A stretch of DNA of 64,000 nt from Clostridia bacterium (GCA_045636325.1 JAZTXH010000016.1:12034-76033); one strand, 5' to 3'. Shown: positions 28,076 through 37,753, numbered from the stretch's first letter. Program-made: numbers and translations. Notes: generated by a model from the letters alone, not told the origin.

Positions 28076-28651
28076 ATGAATATATGTGTATACGGAGCAT
28101 CGAGCAATATTATAGATAGAAGCTTTATTGAAAAAACAGAGGAATTTGGAAGAAAGCTTGCATTACGCGGTCATGGAGTTGTTTTTGGTGGCGGTGCAAA
28201 CGGCCTTATGGGTGCAGTTGCAAGGGGAGCATATGAAAAGGGAGGTAATATTACAGGTGTTGCACCAAGCTTTTTTAATGTTGATGGTGTGCTTTTTGAG
28301 AATTGCGATAAGCTTATTTATACTGAAACAATGCGTGAGCGTAAGCAAACTATGGAAGACTTGGCTGATGCCTTTGTGGTGACTCCCGGCGGTATAGGAA
28401 CGTTTGAAGAATTTTTTGAAATTTTAACACTAAAACAGCTTGGAAGACATTGCAAGGCCATTGTTATTTATGATATGAACGGATATTATGACACTATGGA
28501 AAAAATGATGGAAGAAGCGGTAGAAAAGAATTTTATGAAACAGTCCTGCAGAGAGCTGTATTTCTTTTCAGAAGATGCAGACGAAATAATAGAATATCTT
28601 GAAAATTACTCAGGAAAACATCAGGGAACCACGCATTTTAAAAACATATAG
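28076..28651 (+). CDS. LOG family (TIGR00730) nucleotide 5'-monophosphate nucleosidase
   Basis: 'VVFGGGANGLMG' and 'TPGGIGTFEEFFE'. Confidence 0.88.
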   Translation: MNICVYGASSNIIDRSFIEKTEEFGRKLALRGHGVVFGGGANGLMGAVARGAYEKGGNITGVAPSFFNVDGVLFENCDKLIYTETMRERKQTMEDLADAFVVTPGGIGTFEEFFEILTLKQLGRHCKAIVIYDMNGYYDTMEKMMEEAVEKNFMKQSCRELYFFSEDADEIIEYLENYSGKHQGTTHFKNI

Positions 28652-28751
28652 CAAAAAATTATGTAAACTAAAAATTTTCATTGATTTATAAACGAAAAAG
28701 AGTTATAATGTAATTTAGCTAGTGATGAAAATAATACAAAGGGGTATACAT

Positions 28752-29756
28752 ATGAAAAGAATGATAAGTGCCATATTGGCTGTTATTATATTGAGCAGCT
28801 TCATTTCGGGCTGCAATAACAGCGTAGTTATAAATAATGTTGGGGTTGATGGGCAAAAGTATAATATTGCCGTGATTTCTGCGGGCGAGAGTAACGATGA
28901 GTATAATGGTTTTTTTGATGGTATATATGAGATTTTCAGAGAAATAGGTTACAGTGTGGATAAATATGCCGCTGTGGGAGACGAAGAATATCTGGAAACG
29001 ATTCTTAATGATTCTTTAAAAGGCGGATATATAGGTGTTATTTTGTATGACCTTAGCGAATATGCACAAGAGTATGTAAAAAAAGCTCAGGAAGCAGGGA
29101 TATATGTAGCGTTGTTTAACAAAACCGACTATACTCATGACGGAGTTGCTAATATTTGTTATGATCAGGAGTCTTTGGCTGGAATATCGGTTGATGATTT
29201 GATTAAACGCTACAAGGAAGACTTGGGTGCAGAGAAAACCGTTGTAAAAGCATGGTATGATGAAAATAATACGGTAAATGCAAAACGTGCAAAAATATTT
29301 GATGAAAAGATGCAGGCGAACGGCATACCTGTTAGCGTAAATGCGTATGAGTACAGCCTTAATTTGAAATCAGGATTATCCAGAAATGTAAAAAGTCAGA
29401 TTTACGGACTTTCACAAACGGGAACGAACTATATCTGGGTTGTGGATGACACAATGGCACTTATGATAGCTGAATTTCTTAAAAGCGAAAGTATTAATAA
29501 TGCGGTTGTTATTAACATAGGGGTGACACCGAAAAGTATAAAAAAAATGTTTGACTATGAAACATACTGGCCTGCGGCAAGCGTTGTGAGTTATACCACT
29601 ACCGGAAAGCTGTGTGCCAGGGAGCTTGTGAAAACTATAGAAAACAAGCCTATAGAAAAAGTAACATTTGTCCCTGCATTTATGCTCTATAGCAGTGAAC
29701 TTGATGAAAATGTGACGATTGAAGTTATTGATGAAAAGGCAGTAGAACAGATGTAG
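28752..29756 (+). CDS. Lipoprotein, periplasmic-binding-protein (sugar-binding/LacI-like fold) candidate
   Basis: Lipobox 'FISGC'. Start placed at MKRMIS. The fold assignment is tentative. No adjacent ABC genes. Confidence 0.5.
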   Translation: MKRMISAILAVIILSSFISGCNNSVVINNVGVDGQKYNIAVISAGESNDEYNGFFDGIYEIFREIGYSVDKYAAVGDEEYLETILNDSLKGGYIGVILYDLSEYAQEYVKKAQEAGIYVALFNKTDYTHDGVANICYDQESLAGISVDDLIKRYKEDLGAEKTVVKAWYDENNTVNAKRAKIFDEKMQANGIPVSVNAYEYSLNLKSGLSRNVKSQIYGLSQTGTNYIWVVDDTMALMIAEFLKSESINNAVVINIGVTPKSIKKMFDYETYWPAASVVSYTTTGKLCARELVKTIENKPIEKVTFVPAFMLYSSELDENVTIEVIDEKAVEQM

Positions 29757-29762
29757 TTTAAT

Positions 29763-29799
29763 TTACCTCTCATTTTATAGATGAGGGGTAATGTTTTTT
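29763..29799 (+). terminator. Rho-independent terminator
   Basis: TTACCTCTCAT / ATGAGGGGTAA followed by a T run. Confidence 0.75.
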
Positions 29800-29966
29800 A
29801 TACTATATTATTAAGAGGGAACATAACCTTTTATAACATATAATAAAAATGCATAATTTTTTAAATGTGCGTGAAAATAAATTGTATATTAAGTGAAATG
29901 ATATATTTACAAACTAAAGTGTTATACAAAAAAAGTATGTTTTGGTAAAAAAACTGAAAAAATCTA

Positions 29967-29995
29967 TTGAAAAAAACTGAAAAAAGGTATATACT
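29967..29995 (+). promoter_or_regulatory. Promoter of nifS-nifU, embedded in two AAAAAACTGAAAAAA direct repeats
   Basis: TTGAAA, 17-nt spacer, TATACT. The repeats lie at about 29947-29962 and 29970-29985. Confidence 0.4.
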
Positions 29996-30037
29996 ACTAT
30001 AGGTAGAAATTTAATTTTAAGAAATACAGGTGAGACT

Positions 30038-31213
30038 ATGGGCAACAGAATATATATGGATAATGCCGCAACAACACCTATAAAAGAGGAAGTTTTACAG
30101 GCAATGCTTCCTTACCTTACACAGGTGTACGGTAATGCATCTTCAATATATAAAACAGGCCGCGAGGCAAAAGCGGCGGTAGATGGTGCAAGAGAGACAA
30201 TTGCAAAAACTCTTGGCGCAAAGGAACGCGAGGTTTATTTTACCGCTTGTGGAAGTGAAGCTGATAACTGGGCAATAAAGGGTGTGGCTATGGCAAAACG
30301 CAGCAAGGGTAATCATATAATAACATCTGCCATAGAACATCATGCGGTGCTTCATACATTGGAATATCTTGAAAAAAACGGTTTTGAGGTTACATATCTG
30401 CCCGTTGATGAAAACGGCATGATAAGTATAGATGATTTGAACAACGCTATTAAGGATACCACAATTCTGATTACCATTATGTTTGCAAATAACGAAATTG
30501 GAACAGTCCAACCCATTAAAGAAATTGCAAAAATTGCCAAGGAACATAAAATACTGTTTCATACAGATGCTGTTCAGGCTTACGGACATTTGCCTATTGA
30601 TGTTAAAGAAATGGGCATCGATATGCTTAGTATGTCAGCCCATAAAATATATGGTCCTAAAGGTGTCGGCGCACTTTATGTGAGAGGCGGAATAAAATTA
30701 GAAAACTTTATGCATGGCGGTGCGCAGGAAAGGGGCAAGCGTGCAGGTACTGAGAATGTGGCTGGCATTGTAGGATTTGCAAAGGCGGCTGAGCTTGCAT
30801 TCTCCGAGCTTGATGAAAATATAAAAAGACTTACCGCAATGCGTGACAGACTTATTGCCGGAATAGAAGAAAAAATTCCATATATTAAGCTTAACGGACA
30901 CAGAAGCGAAAGACTACCTAATAACGTTAATTTCTCTTTCAGATATATAGAGGGAGAGGCGCTTTTATTAATGCTTGATATGAAAGATATTGCAGCATCT
31001 AGCGGAAGTGCGTGCACGTCAGGTTCACTTGACCCGTCACACGTTTTGCTTGCTATCGGGATTCCTCATGAAATAGCTCATGGATCACTTCGTTTAAGCC
31101 TTGGTGACTTTACAACTGATGAGGATGTGGACTATATTTTAGAGGTGCTTCCCGGAATAGTTGAAAGGCTTCGCCAGATGTCACCTTTATATGAAGAAGT
31201 GGAAAGGAGATAA
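30038..31213 (+). CDS. nifS: Cysteine desulfurase NifS
   Basis: PLP lysine '[10 protein letters not shown]' and active-site 'SSGSACTSG'. Confidence 0.93.
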   Translation: MGNRIYMDNAATTPIKEEVLQAMLPYLTQVYGNASSIYKTGREAKAAVDGARETIAKTLGAKEREVYFTACGSEADNWAIKGVAMAKRSKGNHIITSAIEHHAVLHTLEYLEKNGFEVTYLPVDENGMISIDDLNNAIKDTTILITIMFANNEIGTVQPIKEIAKIAKEHKILFHTDAVQAYGHLPIDVKEMGIDMLSMSAHKIYGPKGVGALYVRGGIKLENFMHGGAQERGKRAGTENVAGIVGFAKAAELAFSELDENIKRLTAMRDRLIAGIEEKIPYIKLNGHRSERLPNNVNFSFRYIEGEALLLMLDMKDIAASSGSACTSGSLDPSHVLLAIGIPHEIAHGSLRLSLGDFTTDEDVDYILEVLPGIVERLRQMSPLYEEVERR

Positions 31214-31218
31214 AAAGT

Positions 31219-31653
31219 ATGTACAGCGAAAAAGTTATGGACCATTTTGCAAACCCCAGAAATGTCGGCGAAATAGAAAATGCCAGCGGTGTCGGTCAGG
31301 TGGGTAATGCAAAATGCGGAGATATTATGAAAATTTATCTTGATATCGAAGATGATATTATAAAAGATGTTAAGTTTAAAACCTTTGGTTGCGGAGCGGC
31401 GGTTGCAACAAGCTCAATGGCAACCGAACTCGTTAAGGGAAAATCTGTTGAAGAAGCATTAAAGCTCACAAATAAAGCGGTTATGGAAGCACTTGACGGT
31501 CTTCCACCGGCGAAAATTCACTGCAGTGTGTTGGCTGAAGAGGCAATTCATGCCGCAATTAAGGATTATTATGAAAAAACAGGCAGAGATACAACTGAGC
31601 TTGAAGCTAAGTGTAGCGGATGCTGCTCAACATGTACAAAACATCACGAATAA
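31219..31653 (+). CDS. nifU: Fe-S cluster assembly scaffold NifU/IscU
   Basis: 'GNAKCGD', 'FGCGAAVA' and 'KIHCSVLA'. Confidence 0.92.
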   Translation: MYSEKVMDHFANPRNVGEIENASGVGQVGNAKCGDIMKIYLDIEDDIIKDVKFKTFGCGAAVATSSMATELVKGKSVEEALKLTNKAVMEALDGLPPAKIHCSVLAEEAIHAAIKDYYEKTGRDTTELEAKCSGCCSTCTKHHE

Positions 31654-31660
31654 AAACTGG

Positions 31661-31698
31661 CAGAAAGATAAGTGCCCTCAAAAGTATTTAAGCTTTTG
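31661..31698. terminator. Bidirectional terminator between nifU and tadA
   Basis: AAGTGCCCTCAAAAG / CTTTTGAGGGCACTT. Confidence 0.85.
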
Positions 31699-31728
31699 AG
31701 GGCACTTTAAGTTTGACAATTTTTATCT

Positions 31729-32196
31729 TTATATATTTTTTCTTGATTTTCTTATGTTTTTAAAAAATTCCGTTAAAAAAGGTGAGCATTCGTCTTTTAA
31801 AACTCCTCCTGTTACGGATACATTATGGTTAAACAGACCGGGCAGAAATAAATCGCATACAGAGCCTGCTGCTCCTGCTTTTTTATCAAATGCACCAAAA
31901 TATACGTTTTTAATTCTGCTTTGAATAATGGCACCGCTGCACATGGGGCATGGCTCTAATGTTATATATAAATCGCAATCTTCAAGACGCCAGCTGCCAA
32001 TTTTTTTGTTTGCTTTTTTAATAGCAAGAAGTTCAGCATGATTTATCGTAAGTTGTTTTGTTTCGCGAAGGTTATGTGCTTTTGAAATTACTTCGCCGTT
32101 ATACACAATTACTGCACCTATTGGGCATTCGCCTTTTTTTTCTGCCTTTTTTGCTTCGGTCATTGCAAGCTTCATAAACTTTTCGTTGTAAGCCAT
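31729..32196 (-). CDS. tadA: tRNA adenosine(34) deaminase
   Basis: 'HAELLAI' and 'PCPMCSGA'. Start placed at MAYNEKFMKLAM behind AGAGAGGGG. The longer ORF-track N-terminus runs into the repeat element. Confidence 0.9.
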   Translation of the reverse strand: MAYNEKFMKLAMTEAKKAEKKGECPIGAVIVYNGEVISKAHNLRETKQLTINHAELLAIKKANKKIGSWRLEDCDLYITLEPCPMCSGAIIQSRIKNVYFGAFDKKAGAAGSVCDLFLPGLFNHNVSVTGGVLKDECSPFLTEFFKNIRKSRKNI

Positions 32197-32223
32197 ATAC
32201 TTCAAAGCCCCTCTCTTCGGATT

Positions 32224-32485
32224 AGTCTGACAAAAGTTATACAAAACTGCCTTGAAAGGCGCAATTTCGGCATATTTTAGTTTGTTACCATTGACAGGAA
32301 CTAGTCTGCCTGTTTCCGGTGTACCAAAATTTGATCGTTTTAAAGAGTGCAAATTTTAAGCGAGATGGTTTTTGTTCAAATAATTCAAAAACGTAACTAA
32401 TACTTTGAGTATTTGCGAGTATTTTAACACAATTTGAGCAAAAATCTGTTGCATAAAATTGGATTCGTATAGCTTCAGTCAGGCT
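32224..32485 (-). ncRNA. Long copy B (262 nt) of an unnamed structured element closed by a CTGACTGAAGCTATAC / GTATAACTTTTGTCAG stem
   Basis: It has no credible ORF and aligns block-wise with 33970-34223. A promoter lies about 18 nt upstream and tadA lies 28 nt downstream on the same strand. Confidence 0.55.
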
Positions 32486-32502
32486 AAAGAACATTTTTAT
32501 AT

Positions 32503-32531
32503 ATTTTACCACAAAAAAATGCACATATCAA
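32503..32531 (-). promoter_or_regulatory. Sigma-A-type promoter driving element B and tadA
   Basis: Read on the minus strand: TTGATA, 17-nt spacer, TAAAAT, with TGG extended -10. Confidence 0.55.
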
Positions 32532-32671
32532 GCACTATGTGTTTTTGATAAAAACACATAGTTTGTGAAATATCACCAAAATAAACTTTTGGTTTTGAGT
32601 TATTATGCTAAATGAAAGTGTAGTTTTTACAAAAAATAGTCTTTGAAATGTGACAAATTTGTGAAAATTAC

Positions 32672-32701
32672 TTGACAATAAATATTAATATCCGATATAA
32701 T
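32672..32701 (+). promoter_or_regulatory. Promoter of sigH
   Basis: TTGACA, 18-nt spacer, TATAAT. Confidence 0.5.
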
Positions 32702-32776
32702 GTGTATATGCATCATATACAAGGGTTTGTTTTTTGCCGTATTTGTATATGGGAGTTTCCGTGGGGTGAGAAAGGT

Positions 32777-33406
32777 ATGGGAACAGACAAAACACAGAGC
32801 CGGTACAGGCCTTTGACAGATGAGGAAGTTGTTAGTTTAGCTCAAAATGGTGATGAGCAGGCGGTTGAACACATCCTTGAAAAATATAAGGCACTTGTTA
32901 AGGCGCGTGTAAGGGCGTATTTTCTTATGGGAGCAGATAAAGAGGACTTGCTTCAGGAGGGTATGATAGGGCTTTTTAAAGCTATAAGAGATTTTTCTGA
33001 AGAGAAGCAAGCCAGTTTTGCCGGCTTTGCAGACCTTTGTGCAACCAGGCAGATTGTTACTGCAATTAAAACTGCAACAAGACAGAAGCATATGCCGCTT
33101 AACAATTATGTTTCGCTCAATAAACCGGTATATACGGATGAATCGGAGCGTACGCTTTTGGATTCAGTTTCGCAGGCGGTTGTGTCAGATCCTGAGCAGA
33201 TTGTTATTAATGAAGAAGAATATAATCGTATTTCAATGAAGATATTAAGCAACTTGTCAAGCTTCGAAAGAGAAGTGCTGGAGTTGTATCTTCAGGGCAA
33301 AAGCTATAATGAGATAGCGACGCAACAAAATCGTTCAGCGAAATCTATAGACAATGCTCTTCAGAGAATAAAAAAGAAGGTAGAAGCAAGCCTTGAAGAA
33401 GAGTAG
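32777..33406 (+). CDS. sigH: RNA polymerase sporulation sigma factor SigH
   Basis: 'LVKARVRAYFLMGADKEDLLQEGMIGLFKAIRDF' and the region 4 HTH 'SYNEIATQQNRSAKSIDNALQRIKKK'. Start placed at MGTDK. Confidence 0.9.
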   Translation: MGTDKTQSRYRPLTDEEVVSLAQNGDEQAVEHILEKYKALVKARVRAYFLMGADKEDLLQEGMIGLFKAIRDFSEEKQASFAGFADLCATRQIVTAIKTATRQKHMPLNNYVSLNKPVYTDESERTLLDSVSQAVVSDPEQIVINEEEYNRISMKILSNLSSFEREVLELYLQGKSYNEIATQQNRSAKSIDNALQRIKKKVEASLEEE

Positions 33407-33523
33407 AAAATCTATATTTGCAAAATAATACCGCGTGGCGGGATTATTTATATTATTTCCAAAGGGTTGGATATTGTGGTAGCTACTCCTTTGGAATCAA
33501 AAATTCAAAGTGAGGGGATACCA

Positions 33524-33793
33524 ATGTACGAAGACAAAACTTTAGTATGTAAGGATTGCGGAAATGAATTCGTGTTTACAGCAGGTGAGCAGGAATTCTA
33601 TGCGGAGAAAGGCTTTGAAAATGAGCCTACTCGTTGTAAAGATTGCAGAGTTGCAAGAAAAGCAGCTATTCGTCAGTCCAGAGAAATGCATGAAATTATT
33701 TGTGCAGATTGTGGTGCAACAGCTCAGGTTCCGTTTAAACCTAAGAACGACAGACCTGTATATTGCAGTGCTTGTCTTGAAAATCACAGATAA
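33524..33793 (+). CDS. Zinc-ribbon (zf-trcl-like, two CxxC...CxxC units) protein
   Basis: 'CKDCGNEFVFTAGEQEFYAEKGFENEPTRCKDCR' and 'CADCG...PVYCSAC'. GAGGGG RBS. Confidence 0.75.
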   Translation: MYEDKTLVCKDCGNEFVFTAGEQEFYAEKGFENEPTRCKDCRVARKAAIRQSREMHEIICADCGATAQVPFKPKNDRPVYCSACLENHR

Positions 33794-33814
33794 TTTGATT
33801 TTTAGACCAAATAT

Positions 33815-33845
33815 GACCATCGCTTAAAGGCGGTGGTCTTTTTTG
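33815..33845 (+). terminator. Rho-independent terminator
   Basis: GACCATCGC / GCGGTGGTC followed by T6. Confidence 0.8.
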
Positions 33846-33861
33846 TGTTAAATAACTTTTT

Positions 33862-33915
33862 TGTGACAGAGGAGTTAACAAGCAAGAATGTGACAGAGGA
33901 GTTAACAAGCAAGAA
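33862..33915 (+). repeat. Perfect tandem duplication (2 x 27 bp) immediately upstream of a promoter
   Basis: TGTGACAGAGGAGTTAACAAGCAAGAA occurs twice with no spacer. It ends 4 nt before the -35. Confidence 0.9.
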
Positions 33916-33919
33916 AATA

Positions 33920-33949
33920 TTGACATTGGGGACTAAGTTGTGATACAAT
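33920..33949 (+). promoter_or_regulatory. Sigma-A-type promoter driving element C and the yybS-gdpP-rplI-dnaB operon
   Basis: TTGACA, 18-nt spacer, TACAAT, with TGA extended -10. Confidence 0.6.
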
Positions 33950-33969
33950 ATATAATACCTGTGATTTAA

Positions 33970-34223
33970 CCCGACAGAAGCTATACGAACCTGATTTTCG
34001 CTCGAACGGTGTTAAAATACCCTCAGATACTAAAAGTATTAACTGAGGTTTCGCTTTGTCTGGCACAAAAATCATCTCGCTTAAAATTCTTTGACCTTAA
34101 AATGATGAAATTTTGAGTAGATTTTAGTGCGCTAGATGCAGGCAGTTGCCTATCAATTACAGCAAATCAAAATATGCCGAAATTACTCCTTTTAAGGAAC
34201 AGAGCGGATAACTTCTGTCAGGA
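33970..34223 (+). ncRNA. Long copy C (about 254 nt) of the unnamed structured element
   Basis: It is closed by GACAGAAGCTAT / ATAACTTCTGTC and contains internal hairpins (CCTCAG-ATACT...AGTAT-CTGAGG; TCCTT-tt-AAGGA). It has no ORF. It sits between the promoter and the yybS start at 34273. Confidence 0.55.
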
Positions 34224-34272
34224 TAATGGAGATTTAGTATTTATGTGCTAATTTTATTTGGATGGAGATTTT

Positions 34273-35220
34273 ATGAATAATAAAAATATTATTGAGATTT
34301 TTACAGCAGATGCAATAATTCTGGCGGCTATGTTTATATTTGGTTTTTTTGATTTAGGAGAAATCGGAATTGTGTTTTCGGCGGGTGCTCTTTCATTTAT
34401 AATGCTTAGAGGGAATTTGTTTTCTGTTGCTCTTAGTGTGGTTTTGGTGTTTGCCGCAGATTTTGCAAGTATGCTTTCCTTTAATTTTATAAACAGCATT
34501 ACGGTATGCATGTGTGCTTTTGGCATAAATTTTGCAATCCGTGCAAAAATGGGAATTTTAAGCACAACTGTTTCGGGCATTGTTGGAATATTTGCGGCAA
34601 TAGCGGTATTTTTTGCAGTGGCCGAGATTTTTAAAATTGAAGGTATGCAAATTTCAGACATAAGAGCAATAAAAGAAGAAATAATCAAGGTTATTGACAA
34701 CATTATGGTACAAAGCGGATTTGATAAGGCATATTCACCGACAGAAGCGGTAAAATTAAAGAATCTTGCATCAATGGTTATGTTTCCGGTAAGCCTTATT
34801 TCGGTGGCTGCGTTTATTTCTTATTACTCTGTTTGCGTAGTAAAGAAAATGTTTAAAATTGTAAAAAGCGACCTTTGTGCAAATATCTCAGATTTTTCAC
34901 ATATAAGGGCTGAAAGAATGTGCCTTGCTATATGGATTGTATCATTGGCGCTATTTTCCGGATTTGAAATGAAAAATCAGGTTATAAGTGCGGCAGGATT
35001 TTGTATGTTATACATTCTGTCTGCTTTTTATGTAATATGCGGCATCAGCATTTTGTGGTATTTTATGAAAAGGAAAACAGGAGTGGGAAGAGTACTGTAT
35101 GGTATGTTTATAATTTTCGGAGTTTTTTTTATGACACCTACACTTTTTATAGCAGGAATTGTGGACTCGTTTGTCAATATAAGAAAACTAGGGAACAGGA
35201 GAGGTGAAAATGAGCAGTAA
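34273..35220 (+). CDS. YybS-like (DUF2232) polytopic membrane protein
   Basis: Multi-TM protein. Its position directly upstream of gdpP-rplI-dnaB matches the Bacillus yybS-yybT-rplI-dnaC arrangement. Confidence 0.7.
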   Translation: MNNKNIIEIFTADAIILAAMFIFGFFDLGEIGIVFSAGALSFIMLRGNLFSVALSVVLVFAADFASMLSFNFINSITVCMCAFGINFAIRAKMGILSTTVSGIVGIFAAIAVFFAVAEIFKIEGMQISDIRAIKEEIIKVIDNIMVQSGFDKAYSPTEAVKLKNLASMVMFPVSLISVAAFISYYSVCVVKKMFKIVKSDLCANISDFSHIRAERMCLAIWIVSLALFSGFEMKNQVISAAGFCMLYILSAFYVICGISILWYFMKRKTGVGRVLYGMFIIFGVFFMTPTLFIAGIVDSFVNIRKLGNRRGENEQ

Positions 35221-37252
35221 AAGAAAAAGGAATAAGCATTTTATAAATATGCTTTATCAGGCAACGTCTGTTGCTACATGGTGTATACTTTTATGTGCGG
35301 TTATTACATTTTTGCTTGCTGGCGGAAATAAATATTTTATATATCTTGCAATTATGGAGGCTATAGTTTTTGTTGTATTGATTATGCTCAAATTCCTTGA
35401 AAAGAAAAGGCGTTTGAGTGATGTTTCGGACTACGTGTCTCAGCTTAATAAACATATGGATACTGCAACAAAGGAATCTTTGGTAAATTTCCCCTTTCCG
35501 ATGGTTGTTGCACATCTTGATGGTAAGGTTTCCTGGTATAATCAAGGGTTTGCAAAAATAGTTGAGGGCGAAGTGCTTTTTGAAAAGTATCTTTCAGAGG
35601 TTATCACGGGGCTTAAGTGGAGTGACGTTTTAAGAATGCATGAGGGGATTTCACTTACCGTTAATTACCGCCAGAGGATATATAGCGTAATGGGAAGTAT
35701 TATAAAGCCTGACTCCAAAAAGGAAAAAGAGGGTGAATACCTTGTTTTGCTGTATTGGCTGGATGAAACAGAAAAGAAAAAGGTTATTGAAAAATACAAC
35801 GATGAAAAAATGGACATCGGAATTATTATGATTGACAATTATGACGATGTTTTAAACGGAATGGAAGACTGGGCAAGACCGAGACTTATCTCAAAAATTG
35901 ACCAGAAGGTAAATGAATGGGCAAAGCCGGTTGGAGGAATATTAAAAAAGCCTGACCGTGACAGATATCTTTTGTTTTTTGAACATAAGAATCTTTCAAC
36001 TCTTATTGAAAAGAAATTTGAAATTTTAGACTGGATACGAGAGATTAACGTGGGTAATAAAACTCAGGCTACCGTAAGTATAGGAATTGGTACCGGTGGT
36101 GAACATATAAACAGTAACGATGAGTATTCAAGAACTGCACTTAATATGGCACTTGGTCGCGGTGGTGATCAGGCTGTTATTAAAGACGAAAATCAGTTTA
36201 AATTCTATGGCGGAAAAACAAAAGAGCATGAAAAGAGTACAAGAGTAAAATCGAGAGTTATTGCAGAAGCTTTAAGGCAGCTTATAATGAGTGCTGAAAA
36301 GGTAGTAATTGTAGGTCATAAAAATCCTGACCTTGATTCTATCGGTGCAAGTGTGGGGCTTTCGAGGGGTATAAAAAACAGAAATAAGCCCGTAAAAATT
36401 ATTTGCGGAGCACACAATTCTTCGGTTGACGGCGTTTTAGAGGCGGCAAAGGCGGAAGAAGGATATGACGGTATGTTTATTACAGCTGAAGAGGCAAATG
36501 AATATGTAGATAAAAATAGCGTTGTTATTGTTGTGGACACTCACAGACCTGTGCTTATGGAAAATTCTGATATTCTTGAAAAGGCAGGAGATGTGGTATT
36601 AATTGACCACCACAGAAGAAGCACTGATTTTATTACGGGGTGTTCTTTGGTATATCATGAGCCTTATGCATCGTCAACAAGTGAATTGGTAACTGAGCTT
36701 TTGCAGTATATGGATAATAAAGTTTCTCTTACCAAGTCGGAGGCGGAAGCTCTTTATGCAGGCATTTGTATGGATACAAAGAATTTTACATTTAAAACCG
36801 GTGTAAGAACATTTGATGCGGCATCATTTTTAAGAAAACATGGTGTTGATACTGTAAGAGTTAAAAAGATGTTTCAGGTGGATATGGCACATTATAACAA
36901 TCGTGCGCAGATTGTGGCAAATGCGAGATTTGTGCATGAGGGAATTGTTATGGCTATATGCGAAAGGTTTATAAACGATACAAATCTTGTGGCGGCGCAG
37001 GCAGCAGATGAGCTTTTGAAAATTGAAGATGTAGAGGCATCATTTGTTGTTGCCAAAGATGAGAATAACACAATTGTTGTAAGCGGTCGTTCGTGGGGCG
37101 GAATTAATGTGCAGGTAATACTTGAAAAAATTGGCGGCGGCGGGCATATGACTGTTGCCGGCGCGCAGCTTAAAGATATTGCGCTTTCAGAAGTTTCAAG
37201 TAAGCTGGAAAGCGCTTTGGAAGAATATCTTGAGGAAAGAAGTAATCAATGA
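35210..37252 (+). CDS. gdpP: GdpP/YybT-type DHH/DHHA1 c-di-AMP phosphodiesterase (2 TM, PAS-like, degenerate GGDEF, DHH)
   Basis: 'DLDSIGA', 'VDTHR', 'IDHHRR' and 'GGGGH'. Two N-terminal TM helices. Confidence 0.88.
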   Translation: MSSKRKRNKHFINMLYQATSVATWCILLCAVITFLLAGGNKYFIYLAIMEAIVFVVLIMLKFLEKKRRLSDVSDYVSQLNKHMDTATKESLVNFPFPMVVAHLDGKVSWYNQGFAKIVEGEVLFEKYLSEVITGLKWSDVLRMHEGISLTVNYRQRIYSVMGSIIKPDSKKEKEGEYLVLLYWLDETEKKKVIEKYNDEKMDIGIIMIDNYDDVLNGMEDWARPRLISKIDQKVNEWAKPVGGILKKPDRDRYLLFFEHKNLSTLIEKKFEILDWIREINVGNKTQATVSIGIGTGGEHINSNDEYSRTALNMALGRGGDQAVIKDENQFKFYGGKTKEHEKSTRVKSRVIAEALRQLIMSAEKVVIVGHKNPDLDSIGASVGLSRGIKNRNKPVKIICGAHNSSVDGVLEAAKAEEGYDGMFITAEEANEYVDKNSVVIVVDTHRPVLMENSDILEKAGDVVLIDHHRRSTDFITGCSLVYHEPYASSTSELVTELLQYMDNKVSLTKSEAEALYAGICMDTKNFTFKTGVRTFDAASFLRKHGVDTVRVKKMFQVDMAHYNNRAQIVANARFVHEGIVMAICERFINDTNLVAAQAADELLKIEDVEASFVVAKDENNTIVVSGRSWGGINVQVILEKIGGGGHMTVAGAQLKDIALSEVSSKLESALEEYLEERSNQ

Positions 37253-37266
37253 ATCGGAGGAATAAA

Positions 37267-37716
37267 ATGAGAGTAATATTGTTAGCAGATGTTAAAGGTC
37301 AGGGCAAGAAGGGTGATATTAAAGAAGTTTCAGACGGATATGCAAGAAACTTTTTATTGCCTAAAAAGCTTGCTACACTTGCAACAAATGAGAATTTAAA
37401 TGCAATAGAAGGAAAAAGAGAAGCAGCAGCTTTCCATAAAGGAAAAGAAATAGAAGAAGCAAATATTTTAAAAGAAAAGCTTTCTAAAATCAGCGTTAGT
37501 CTTAAGGCTAAAGCCGGTGATGGCGGACGTCTGTTTGGTTCTATTACAAATAAAGATGTTGCTGAAGGCCTTAAGATGCAGCATCATATTATTATAGACA
37601 AAAAGAAATTTTCACTTCCTGACGGAGGTCTTAAAAACATTGGTGCAACTGAAATTGATGTAAAGGTTTATCCTGAAATTTCGGCTAAACTAAAGGTTGT
37701 TATAGAAGCAGAGTAA
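37267..37716 (+). CDS. rplI: 50S ribosomal protein L9
   Basis: '[36 protein letters not shown]'. Confidence 0.95.
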   Translation: MRVILLADVKGQGKKGDIKEVSDGYARNFLLPKKLATLATNENLNAIEGKREAAAFHKGKEIEEANILKEKLSKISVSLKAKAGDGGRLFGSITNKDVAEGLKMQHHIIIDKKKFSLPDGGLKNIGATEIDVKVYPEISAKLKVVIEAE

Positions 37717-37753
37717 TAAGAAAAAGTCAATTTTTTGGCGGAGGGGAGTTATT

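Noticed and set aside
32197-32352. 52-codon N-terminal extension of the tadA ORF in the ORF track
   Set aside because: TadA homologues start near 'M..EKFMKLA', and a good RBS precedes the ATG at 32196. The extension is the translated 3' half of the repeated element, which is also present in noncoding context at 34100-34223.
32224-32485. SRP (4.5S/scRNA) RNA, because scr neighbours tadA in Bacillus
   Set aside because: The element is upstream of tadA, whereas scr lies downstream of it. It also occurs twice, and it lacks the conserved domain IV sequence (..GUCAGGUCCGGAAGGAAGCAGC..). Only the short CTGTCAGG string is shared.
33862-33915. CRISPR array
   Set aside because: There are only two directly abutting identical 27-mers with no spacers, and no cas genes in the window.
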